This document shows, one piece after another, positions 14,208-27,100 of a stretch of DNA of 64,000 bases. How positions within the stretch are numbered: the stretch's first letter is position 1; each line of letters starts with the position of its first letter. The notes under the pieces are model-generated. The model was not told the DNA's origin, ran no database searches, and worked only from the letters and a program-made list of their open reading frames with translations. This DNA is from Chrysomallon squamiferum (taxonomy: Eukaryota > Animalia > Mollusca), in the NCBI GenBank assembly GCA_012295275.1, contig CM022675.1, positions 3,968,001 through 4,032,000 of the forward strand, written 5' to 3'. The translations under genes and the position numbers were made by a program.

Positions 14208-15822
14208 ATAGATAGATAAATAAATAAATAAGCCGAACTGTAAATCTTTTTCTTTTGAACAATTTAAAACTGTCTGTTACTATTAATTACATTCGTTTTG
14301 TTTTCGTCGTACACAAGTTTTCAAGTGTAACAGATAATATATATTTACCTATCCTTGTGTCTATCATTAATTTGTCACTTTCCTCAACATCAAAAGATCT
14401 TTATTAAAATTAACGCCGCTCTGTATTGCAAATTAATATTATAAATGAAACTATCGCGTATCTATGTTAAAGCTAATTCGTCCCTATATTACAGATTAAT
14501 GTCTATCATACAGGCAGTTATAATTCTCTCCTTTTATATAATTTTATAGGTAGTTTTATTGTAGAATATTAATTAAAAGTTTGATATAAAATAATATTTA
14601 ATCATTGGGAATATTGATTAAGGTAGATAATGAACAATAGCGATACAAATATAGTGTGTTAATTAGACGTATGATAAAGATATAGTTATTATCTGTTACG
14701 TGTGTGTGTGTGTATGTATGTATGTATGTATGTATGTATGTATGTATATATGTATATATATATTTAATTATTTATTAATTCGTTTCTTTTCCTCTATCTT
14801 TCTGTTTTTTATTTATTTCTGTTTTGTATTTTCGTTTTATTTATAAATGTAAAATTAATATCTTTCTACTTAAATATGCAAGTTTCTATTAATATATTAA
14901 ACCTACATTTTCTTTACTGATACCGTAACATTTCAAGCAATTTCCACACTAGAATCATTCCAAAAAATATTAATTTTACTAAAATAGAAATCAGTTTTAA
15001 CTTGAAGTAATTAAAGAAAGAATATTAAATAATATTAATTTATAATATTAGATCTTAATTCATCGAAATAATTATTATTAATAATCAAAGTCTGATATTT
15101 TTCTATTTTATATGAAGTTAAATGGAGAGGAAATAACATTAAAATAATTAAATATTAGTAAATTAAAAACTGTGACGTTAATTTTACAAATTGTTATCAA
15201 TATTTTTTCTTGGGAAACTGGTTTATAATTAAATTTATAAAGTTTATATCAGTATTATTTTATGTCTGTGAAATGGAAAAAAAATCAAATTTACCAAATT
15301 AATATTAGTAATAGTTTGACATGTGTGTGTGTGCGTGTCTATATATATATATATATATATTTACGTGTGTATATGTATGTATGTATGTATGTATCTATGC
15401 ATCTATCTATCTATCTATATAATGTATGTACGTATGTATGTATGTATGTATCTATATATAATGTATTTACGTATGTATGTATGTATGTATGTATGTATCT
15501 ATATAATGTATGTATGTACGTATATAGGTATAAAAATATACTGAGGGTTAAATGAAGAACTAATAAATAATTTTATAATTTAATAAACAAACAGAGAAAT
15601 GAATTAAGCGAAATTCGAGAACATCCAATCTTAGAAATACGTTTTAAAATAAAGAACAAAAAACAGAAATTATTTAGTCCGAATTTAGGACGTTCGTTTT
15701 AGTTTACAAACCTATGTACAATTATACAAAATAAGTATTTAAAAAAAAAAAAAAAAAAATAATTTTTCAGTCTGCTTATTTTCCAGTTAAAGTTAGCATT
15801 TAGATAAGTGGAATAGAAAAAA

Positions 15823-16081
15823 TATGTTAAAGAATAATTAATTATACTAACTAAAGTTTATGTTAAAGAATATTAATTATTCTAACTAAAGTTTATGTTA
15901 AAGAATATTAATTATACTGACTAAAGTTTATGTTAAAGAATATTAATTATACTAACTAAAGTTTATGTTAAAGAATATTAATTATTCTAACTAAAGTTTA
16001 TGTTAAAGAATATTAATTATACTGACTAAAGTTTATGTATATTAATTATACTAACTAAAGTTTATGTTAAAGAATAATTAA
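15823..16081. repeat. 35-bp minisatellite, about 7.5 units
   Basis: Unit TATGTTAAAGAATATTAATTATACTAACTAAAGTT starts at 15823, 15859, 15894, 15929, 15964, 15999, 16034 (shortened) and 16063 (partial). Confidence 0.95.
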
Positions 16082-16763
16082 CGGACTGAATCAGAATTTA
16101 GAAATGCAACGATCCGACATCAATTAATTAAACATTAATTAAAGTAAATTGAAAATGATTTATAAAATCTGTGATAAACTATGATTAAGAGAATAGATGA
16201 ATACATAATTATCACATCTGTGTACGGAGACAAATATATATTTAAATAAATTATTAATTACAAATATCTGAGTATTTTAAAACTTTGTGTAAACATGCAT
16301 CCTTAATCAACAAAGTATTATGTCCTTCGTAAATTATTTCATACCAGTTCTTTATAATATTTGTATGTTTATATAACTTACGAAACTGTTTTAAATATTT
16401 TCAAATTCTCTTATATCATGTTACAATAATACAACAAACAATATTCACGAGGTTAAGAAAAATTGTCTCTATTTAATAATTAAAGATTAAGGATAATCTT
16501 ATTTTATTTTATAATAGTATTCTATCTTTCGTTCAGCATTTTGCGCTTTTGAAATAAGAACATTTTTTGCTAACATTTACATACTTTATTTAGTTATATT
16601 AAAACTGTTATTGTTAATTTTCTTGTTACTTTCTGTATTTGTTTTCTTTGTAATTTATTAATTGTTGTTGTTCTTAATGCTATTATTAATGCTATTATTT
16701 TTGCTATTATTATTGCTGTTATTATTATAATTATAATAATTGTTAGTATTATAATTATTATTG

Positions 16764-17010
16764 CAGTTTAGAATCCCTTATCCGTAATGAACGAGATCGG
16801 AAATGTTTTGGATTTTGGAATATAAGTATATATCTATCCTTAAAATATAACCAAAGTCTAAACAAGAAACTTATTTGTATTTCATATTATGTTTATACTG
16901 ATAGTGTACAGGCATTTTAAACAGTATTTTAAATAAATTATGTATAAAATGTTTGTCTGCTCGAAAACGTATCGGGTTTCGGAGCTTTTCGATGAAGAAT
17001 CCTCAAACTG
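16764..17010. mobile_element. Decayed non-autonomous pogo/Tigger-like DNA transposon (MITE)
   Basis: Imperfect terminal inverted repeats CAGTTTAGAATCCCTTATCCG ... CGATGAAGAATCCTCAAACTG. From memory, the internal sequence resembles Tigger4/Zombi (MER46)-type elements. The expected TA TSD is not preserved. Confidence 0.6.
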
Positions 17011-17013
17011 TTG

Positions 17014-17044
<31 letters not shown>

Positions 17045-17173
17045 ATTATTATTATTGTTATTTTATTACTATTACTATTGAGTTATTACAGACATGTATA
17101 ATTTCAAAATTACGTAATTTTCTATTTGAATGTGTAGCTCTGTCTGTCTGTTAGAGTAATATTAAAAACTTAC

Positions 17174-17519
17174 CTTTATTTCCCATTAACCTGTTTTGAC
17201 AACTGGAGTCGTCGTCACTCGATGGTGACGCCGGGAACGTCGTTTCGTCCGCTCGACGTCTTATGTCGTCGTCGGATACCATTGCGTGGATACCGTGGTT
17301 GCTGTCGATGCTTGTGCGACTGTCGTTGAGGCTGCTGTCGGTGCTCTGTATCGTGCCCACGTCGATGTCGTCTTCGTTCTTGTCGATATCGTCTGCTAAT
17401 CTCGAGACAACCTCGCGGAAGTTCCCGCCATGTCGAGTGTCGTCTGCTTGCGGACTGGCAGGGTTGTCGAGGTATGGGGTGTGTGCTGTCACGTGCATCT
17501 CGCTCGCGCTTCGTAGCAT
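17174..17519 (-). CDS. evx: Evx (even-skipped) homeobox gene, coding exon 1
   Basis: GC-rich ORF from ATG at 17519 (MLRSASEMH...RLMGNK). It ends at the donor AAAG|GTAAGT after 346 nt (phase 1) and splices in frame (G+AC=Asp) to exon 2. The choice of start codon is inferred. Confidence 0.8.
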
Positions 17520-18029
17520 TCACGTGAACTGTTACTAAATATATCAGTTTCTTTAAATTTGTGTCTCAGCTATTTTCCGAATTTGGATTCAGTCTACTTT
17601 CATCTTCGTTCAAGGTCAATTTTTTTTTGCTTTTTTTTTTTTTTTTTTCAAATAAAAAAGTTGTTTATAAACACTAAATCAGTCCTTTTTTTTTTTTTTT
17701 CTTTTCTTTTTCCTTTTTCTGGTTCTTCACAGTAACAGTTTATAATCACAACTTAGTAATGAAAGAAAAAAGAAAAAAAAATCCACAACAGTTTCTACAC
17801 AAACTTAGTTTTGTCAAACAATTTCCTTCGTTTCCCCAAGAATCTTGATCAAGTTATCGAAGGCTGTTACCGCTGTCACACAAGTGAACTTCCACGCTTT
17901 TGTGACGTCGTCGACAACGTGTATCCCGAACGAAGAAAGAACAGATAGCTAGCACTCGGCTGTTTACAGAATAACGTGCATCGCCACAAAACCCCGAGAG
18001 AAGGTCGCGGAGGACACTTATCACTAGCC

Positions 18030-18420
18030 ACGTCTAATTAGGCAGTGGGCGTGGCTTAATCATGCCAGCAGTCAGGGCGTATAATAGCGGAGGGCGAAGC
18101 GCGCACGGCGATTGGCTGGAGCGGCTGTAAAGCCAGCCAATTAGCGTCTCGCTTCGTCGGGTTCTCGGTGATGAATGACGTGCTCTTTTGATTGCACCGT
18201 ATTGCCCCCACAAGGCATGAGTTTTCCGTAGACGACGTATTATCGGGCAGAACAAATGAAATCACATACCTGTGTATGTAATCAATTGTTCCTAAAAGAT
18301 ATATAATGAAACTGACAATGTCGGCCAATCTGTTAGACGAGGGTAAACAATAGATTAAGAGGGCGGGGTGGGGGGGACGGTTTACCAGGGGCGGTTTAAC
18401 CCCTGCAATCGTTGTGGCGG
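18030..18420 (-). promoter_or_regulatory. Probable Evx proximal promoter
   Basis: CpG-rich block about 0.5-0.9 kb upstream of the ATG, with GC boxes (GGGCGTGGC 18047-18055, GGGCGGGG 18361-18368) and two oppositely oriented CCAAT boxes (18111-18115, 18137-18141). The TSS cannot be determined from sequence. Confidence 0.55.
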
Positions 18421-19082
18421 GCATAAAAATAACATCGTTTAGAGCAGCTGAGTGACGTTGTTGGATAATCGCTTTATCTGTGTACGCACCGTCGTAAACG
18501 TTTCCAGTGTTGTCGCAAAAGGTGCAAATGTTATGGGAGGTTGTCCTTTGATCCGTGTGTCCGTCGGAATTATCACTTGATGGCGTAGATGAAATCAAAT
18601 TTACTCGTCGTCGTTGCGGGCTTTTTGTTGAAGTTTTTAATTGCTGACAGAGTGTTGACGATTGTTTGTTCTTTGTAAAAGAGATGCATTCAAAGAAAAG
18701 ATGTCTGTTTTGGTTATTATCTTGTTAAGACACGAACAAGAAAATAAAGAAAAAAAAGAAAATGGCTGGCCCCCGGGCCTCTGTGTTACAAGATGATTCT
18801 ACACTGTCATGGGAAAAAAACAGATCTTTGATAGTCTTTTGTTTCAATTACAGTCAGTCGAGATTAGAAATGTTAATTTTGTGTTAGCAGTCAGTTTTGA
18901 AATGTCTGCAATGTTTTGTTGTTTTTAATTTTGATATAATATAAATGTAAGATCTATAAAACAAAATAATTTCAAATGAAATATAATATATTGTGAGAGC
19001 AAAGAAAGAAAACGAATAAATTATTAAATAAATATTGCTGCCTCCAGTTTGTAAACATATCATCATCAACAGCAACAGATAG

Positions 19083-19189
<107 letters not shown>

Positions 19190-19198
19190 TAATAATAA

Positions 19199-19229
<31 letters not shown>

Positions 19230-19556
19230 AAGAAGAAGAGGAAGAAAATAAATTAAAAGAAAAGAAAATTCGAAATTTAACTGATTTTAGACAGTAAAAA
19301 AAGAAATACGATCATAAAAAGTAATTTGTAAAAATCAGGTAATAAAAAACAATTCAGAAAAAACAAAAATGCCGGAACACCCCCAAAAAACAAGAAAAAA
19401 CAACAAAAAAGAACACATAGATTTCAAAATTACCTTTAAATAAAAAATGAAGAAATAAATAGAAAAGAGAGCTTTATAGATATATATATATATATATAGA
19501 CAGATAGACAGAGAGGCACATCTGCTTAACTTCAGTAGCATTTAATTATTCAGTTA

Positions 19557-19608
<52 letters not shown>

Positions 19609-20113
19609 TTATTTCTATTTTATTTTTATTTTATAAGTTATGCTGGAGGTAATGACGTATAAGGAAAACAAGAAAAGTAAAGAAAAAAGAAAAGGAAAAA
19701 AACCCCAAAACTAACAAAGAGCATAAATAAAAAAATAAGATAAAATAAAATGAAATAAAATAAAATCAAAGGAAATGCAATAAAATGAAGTATAACAAAA
19801 ATAATATAAAATATAGATATATATATTAATAAAACGAAATAAAATTTGTTAAAAATAAATAAAAATTAAATACAAATAATTAAATAAGAATTGTTAAGAT
19901 ATAATAGAAATTAACTAAAATTTTGGTGCCTATAACGATACTGTACAAATAATTTATTTACGACAATCTGAAAACTGTACACACACACATACACACAGAC
20001 AGACACGTAGACAAACACACAAAATGAGAATAGTTTATTTGCCGAGTGCTGTTGCTAAACATTAACAATAGACAAACACACAAAATGAGAATCTTTATTT
20101 CTCGAGTGTTGTT

Positions 20114-20159
<46 letters not shown>

Positions 20160-20160
20160 C

Positions 20161-20210
<50 letters not shown>

Positions 20211-20465
20211 ATACTGCATATATTAAAACGAAAGTGACTGTTTTAAATGTAGGAAATAACTGTCTCTACGGTAATTTCGTGTAAGTAAATAAAGATTTAT
20301 AAATGAAAATGTAAAAGATCGAAACATCCACGACAGTGAACTGAACAACAAATTCTCTGTTACACACATTTACTCAGGAAATCTGACGTTTCCACTTTCA
20401 ACAGAACAAACTAACCTACCCGTATATACTGTTCATAATTTACAACATTATTTTCTAATTTATTA

Positions 20466-20496
<31 letters not shown>

Positions 20497-20688
20497 TATT
20501 ATTGTTGTTATTATTATTATTTTATTATTATTATTATTATTATTATTATGATTATTATTATTATTATTATTATTATTATTTATTGACGTCAACCGTATCG
20601 TTATTTGCTGATTTCTGTGTTAAGTAAGTTTAAGATTATTATTAATAAAGAAAACATTAAATATTTTTGACAATGTGTCAGGTATCTT

Positions 20689-20719
<31 letters not shown>

Positions 20720-20812
20720 TTCTTCTTTTTCTTCTTCTTCTTCTTCTTATTATTATTATCATTATTATTATTGCTGTTGTTGTTATTATTATTATAGTGA
20801 TTTTTGTTTTGA

Positions 20813-20870
<58 letters not shown>

Positions 20871-21626
20871 TTACTTATTATTTTATTATTATACTTCAAC
20901 TGTTTATATTAATTTTGATTTGACAATAATATATGTGATTTAAATTATCTACATGTCTGTCTGTGTCTGTTTGTCTGTCTGTCTTGTAAACACAAACAAA
21001 TCAACTAAAAAAACTGTCTACCAAAATTTGAAAAAAGATCCAGAAAAATTATATCTGTCTGTTTTTCTTTCCACAATTCATATTAAACAAAGTAGTTAAT
21101 CTAAACACTAATCTCATTAAAAAGCTTAAACGATTAATGCCAATGATTATATATCTGTGTTTTCCTTGTTAATTGTTTCTGTCATTTCCCGTTCCAGTCA
21201 AAGCTCGGATTGGTTTCGTCTATATGTGTATTTATTTTGTTGTCGTTATTTTGTAACTGAAGAGTGTTTATTTATTTTATTTTTTATTTTATTTTTTTTG
21301 GTTTTTATATAATTATTTTTGTGTTATCATGAAATAATTATAGATGTTAAAATTGTGTGATGTATTATAAAACAATTTTCATTCATTCAGTCATTTTTTT
21401 AATTCCATCGTTCATTTGTTTGTTCGTTCTTCCTTCTTTCCTTCATTCCTTTCTTTCATTCTTTCCTTTTTATTCATTGATTAACTCATTCGTTCATTAA
21501 TTTGCTCGTTCATTCTTTCTGTTTTCGTTCATTCACTAATTCTCGAACATAAATAACACTGCCAGCTCTGACTGATTCATGGATGCAAAACTGATTACAG
21601 GGAAATTAAAATTTAATTATGTAAAA

Positions 21627-21695
<69 letters not shown>

Positions 21696-21917
21696 TGTAT
21701 ATATATATATGTGTGTATTTATGTTTGTATGTATATATAGATTTTGTAACAGATTTTTTTATGATATATGTATATTAATCATAAAAAGATCTGTTACTGT
21801 TAATCTGTAACAGATGTACAAAGAAAGAGCGAGTTTCTTTTTTAATTCATCGTCACGTGACAGTCGTACGCGTAACCTAATCATCACGTGTCAGTCAGTA
21901 AGTATTGTATTCATTTG

Positions 21918-21993
<76 letters not shown>

Positions 21994-22864
21994 TTTACAT
22001 ATACATATACATACATGTATGTGAGATATCTCTTCATATTGTGGGCGTCTACTATATATAAGAATATAAGGATTCATATATGTCATTGTATGTGTGTACG
22101 TACACATGCACGCATGTATGTTTATCTATATGTATGCATGTATGCGTGTACGTATGTATGTATATATGTATAAGTGTGTATGTATTTATGTATGTATGAA
22201 TATATATATATGTATATGTGTATAAGAGTGTATTTCTTTATTTTTTTATTTTTTTTACTTGTCTATTTATTTATTTGTGTATTTGTGTATTTGTGTATTT
22301 GTTTGTTTGTCTGTTTATTTATTTTTTACTTGTTTGATTATTTATTTGTTTAATTAATAAAGTACTTCTGCACCAGTGCACAGACGTCAGTTTGGAGCGC
22401 GCTTTGAAACATCAGTTTGAGGAGGCAATGAAGAAGCGCCGCCGCTTGTGAAAAACACATGACGCTAATCCCGTCCGCTCTCAAAGCCACATAAACCTCG
22501 CAGGTGGGTTGAGAATTACACGAAGTTTAATTTTAAATTTATTAGTTATTAAAAGCAAATTGTGAGCTTCAAACATGATGAGAGCGAGAGCCAGCGATAC
22601 CCCGGGGGTGGGGAGAACAAGATGTCAATTTCTGCGAGCCTTTCTCGTCGAGCCTGTACCACCTGACCCCGGTGTAAAATATACACCTTTACAAAAGTGA
22701 ACAGGTAGGTATTTATACGTGTGGCTGGTGTCTATTTCATGCGCCAGTAGTTCGCTTTGAGGTGGCATAAAAACACAATCAAACAGAAATGTACAACGAA
22801 CTTTGATAGGTGGGTCGGAACACTATACGTGTTGCTACTACAAACAAGATGTTGTATCTGTGTG

Positions 22865-23037
22865 TGTGTTTATCTTTCTTTATCTTCCATTGCTTCTAAA
22901 ACAGCCACGTAAATGTGCATTACGTTTAATAGTATTAGAATATTACATGTGTGTATGTGTTTATCTTTCTTTATCTTCCACTTCTAAAACAGCGACAGAA
23001 ATGTGCATTACGTTTAATAGTATCAGAATATTACATT
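22865..23037. repeat. ~90-bp tandem duplication
   Basis: TGTGTTTATCTTTCTTTATCTTCCA...AAATGTGCATTACGTTTAATAGTAT.AGAATATTACAT occurs twice. Confidence 0.85.
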
Positions 23038-23185
23038 AACTTTACAGTATTTGCTTGTGTAACTGGATGTCGTTGTGTTTATCGATGCAAATAGATACTA
23101 GACAGAGATAGGTACTTATGTGTGTTTATTTATATATATATATATATATAGACAGACAGACAGATAGATAGATAGACAGACAGAC

Positions 23186-23318
<133 letters not shown>

Positions 23319-23824
23319 AGGATAGATAGACGAATGGATGGACGAATGGATGGACAGATGGTTGGCTAGATGGGTGAATAATGAGATATAAAGAGATACA
23401 GGTGGGAAGTAATTGTCTATTCAGCGCCAGATTAATTAATTTCTGATCATAATAAATTTTAATCAAATAAATAAATAAACAAACAAACAAACAAACAAAC
23501 AAATAAACAAATAAACAAACAAACAAATAAACAAACAAATAAAAACAAAACAAAAAAAACAACAACACAACAACAATAAATTATATAAATAAAAATTAAT
23601 AAAAATAACGAGAGGAAGAACACAACTGGAAGGAAGAAGAAGATAAAAACAAACAAGGAAAAGAAAGTAAAACCCAGGTGTCAGGCGCGTTCACTTTGCA
23701 GCTGATCTGTGAATCGCGTTCTATCAATTCTCCATTAGTCTTCTCCGAATAACTAATTAGACAGAAAAAACAGCAAGGTGTTTTATATATACACACCAAG
23801 CTAGATATTCGTGGATATACACAA

Positions 23825-23936
23825 ACAAACACACACACAGACGTATAGACATATGCAGACAAATTTATACAAATACACAAACAAACACACACACACAGAC
23901 GTATAGACATATGCAGACAAATTTATACAAATACAC
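23825..23936. repeat. 56-bp tandem duplication
   Basis: ACAAACACACACACAGACGTATAGACATATGCAGACAAATTTATACAAATACACA occurs twice. Confidence 0.85.
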
Positions 23937-24791
23937 ACAGTTGTATAAAGATCTCCGTACGTACATACATTAAGCATTACATACAGCTACAACAAAAACA
24001 GCTATTGCAGCAGCTACAATAATGATAATGATGATGATGACGTTTTTGATGATGATGATGATAATAAAATAATAATAGATTAATATCACAAACAATAAAA
24101 ATATATAGAAAAAAAAAAATTCACAATAGCAAATTAATTAGAAGCATTATAAATATTTATCAATCATTTATCCTTCAGGTATTAATATAAAACTAAAAAT
24201 TAAAATCAGAATCAAAGAATTAAACAAAATCTGTAATATTTTAGTCAGTTCATGGTAGATTATTATTTCGAACTGTTAAATCAAACACGCATTAACTGAA
24301 AGGTTTTCACGTTCCTAGTTCTGAATGAAAAGTTGCGGTCGCAGAAAACTAGGCCATTGAAATTGATTTGTAGTTTTACGTCAGTCACGTGAGTTTCACG
24401 TGAAACAAACACCTACTGAAACTGACAAGTTTTATTTTCTTTTCTTGTTTCAGAACGTTTACCAAAAAGGTATATTGTTATTTTCAGAATTTATTAAAGT
24501 TATCTTTTGTTCTAGATCGTAATAGAAATTGTGAAATTACATTTAAGAATAATTAATTACTTTTAAAACATTGTACTGTTACAAAGAAGACGGGAACATA
24601 TAACTGTACTATCTACTTTTATTTTCATTTTATTTTTTTAAATTAAAGGAGAAAAGAAGTGAAGAATTTTTTTTTTTTCATATTTGTATAATTTACAGAT
24701 TTAATACTTAGCAAACAAAATTAATTAATGTTATTAATAAAAAAAAAAAAAAGTAATTTGAAAGTCTGCAAAGTTATAGTATAATACAGTT

Positions 24792-24832
<41 letters not shown>

Positions 24833-25682
24833 ATGAATAAATAAATGAATGAAAAATACCTTGGGTAATATCTTGTCTAAAATTTAACTAGGTACATGTA
24901 TACCTTTTACGGACCTCTCAACTATAACTAATAAAGTTTATATCATGCATTTTTAATTTTAATATACCTTTAATTGGCCTCTCACTTATTACATCAAATT
25001 TAATATAAAAAAAGAATGATGCACCTGCAAAAGATTTTTTTTTTTTTTTTTTTTAATGCGGTGGCGGGAGGGGGGGTGAGAAAAAAAAAAAAAAAAAAAG
25101 AAATTAAAACTCGTAAATTGGTCTTTAAAAACGACAAATCTCTCTGAACTAAACTATCTCCGATTTTACTTTGTTGTGAAGCGAAGAGAAAGTTTTGCTT
25201 GAGCGAGAGAAAAAAATATATATTTACGACATAATCAGAGATATTATGAGTCCATGCAAGGAGCTGTCAAGCGCTTAATTCTCGCTAATATAACCCCAAA
25301 CGTTCGAGGAAAGAAAGCCAGCGACGTTGAATTTATAGCCGTCGTTAAACGTAAGTGTTATCGCTGCCAACGTCGGGTTTTTTTTTTTTCTTTTTTTCTG
25401 CGATTTTGATCATTAAACGTGGAGTCGATTTTAAAAGGTTTGTATGGAATGAACACAGGGTCAAATGGTACAGTATTTATGCATTTCTTTCAAATATTTG
25501 ATGAGGGTAATTATGCGTATGATGCCCATCCAAGCATGTAATTCTTATAATGCGGGTTTTTTCGTCTTCTTGCTTGTAAACTTAACACCGTCGACTTGTT
25601 CCGTAGTATTCTGAACACGAGTTATTGTGTTACCTTGTTGTGTACATGATGTAATAACAATAACAATAACAATAACAATAAC

Positions 25683-25806
<124 letters not shown>

Positions 25807-25852
25807 TAATAATAATAATAACGATAATAGTAATAATAATAATAATAATAGT

Positions 25853-25940
25853 AATAATTGTGTATGGAATAAATAAATAAATAAATAAATGGATTAAAAA
25901 GAAAAAATAATTTCTGTTTCAAACACAACTGCTTAATCAC

Positions 25941-25972
<32 letters not shown>

Positions 25973-26094
25973 CAACAATAATAATAATAATAATAATTGT
26001 GTATGGAATAAATAAATAAATAAATATATAAATAAATAAATGGATTAAAAAGAAAAAATAATTTATGTTTCAAACACAATTGCTTAATCACAAT
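25853..26094. repeat. ~140-150 bp-period tandem duplication
   Basis: AATAATTGTGTATGGAATAAATAAA...GGATTAAAAAGAAAAAATAATTT.TGTTTCAAACACAA.TGCTTAATCACAAT occurs twice, separated by (AAT)n. Confidence 0.85.
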
Positions 26095-26205
26095 GATAAA
26101 AAAATAAAAAAAATAATATGACTAACTTCAATAACAACGACAACAGTTGTAATAATCATGATGGTGATGATGATGATGATGAAGATGATGATAATGATGA
26201 TGATG

Positions 26206-26249
<44 letters not shown>

Positions 26250-26594
26250 TAAACTAATTTTTATTTTTTCCATATCAAGATATTGTTGTAGTATTTTTTC
26301 CGTATTACTACTGACACCCACAAAATACCCTGCCCTCATTCTCGGACTCCACCCTGATCTCAATGGACAGATGTCATCACAGACAGACAGACAGATGCTA
26401 CACGTGTTAAGAGCACTAAGATTATCAAGTAGAAAGAAATGTATTATACTGAAATCAACGACGAATGAAAACAGTTTACGAGTAAAACAAACAATCAAAC
26501 TCTTTATTGCGGGTTTAATATTTTACTTTATTTTATTTTTGCCCACACGCAAGTGAATCAGGAGGCTTCTTTTGGGATCGATAAAGTTTTAAAT

Positions 26595-26637
<43 letters not shown>

Positions 26638-27033
26638 TTTTATTTTATTTTTTGTTTTATTTTATTTTATTTTGTTTTATTTTATTTATTTTATTTATTT
26701 ATTTATTCGTTTGTTTATTATTTATTATTTTGTTTGTCTATTTAAATATTTGTTTGTTTGGTCGGTTGGTTATTTGTTTTTCTTATTTTTCTTATATATT
26801 GTAAATGTATTATTATTTATTTCACTTTCATAATCATCTTCGTCTTCTTCTTCTTCTTTTTATCACTATTTTTTTTATTGTTGTTTACTATTTTGTATTT
26901 TTCACTTAAACTGTTTTTTTGTTTTGAGAGAAATGACTGGTAAAGCTCATTTAGAAAAAATAAAATAAAATAAAATAAATAGTACATTTACTACTTACTG
27001 CTACTACTACTAATATTAACAGTCAAAGAAACC

Positions 27034-27100
<67 letters not shown>

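Noticed and set aside
15823-16081. CRISPR-like array
   Set aside because: Head-to-tail repeats without unique spacers, in a eukaryotic context.
18056-18598. 180-aa minus-strand ORF upstream of Evx
   Set aside because: No recognisable domain, non-ATG start, and it overlaps promoter-like motifs; an open frame is expected by chance in GC-richer DNA.
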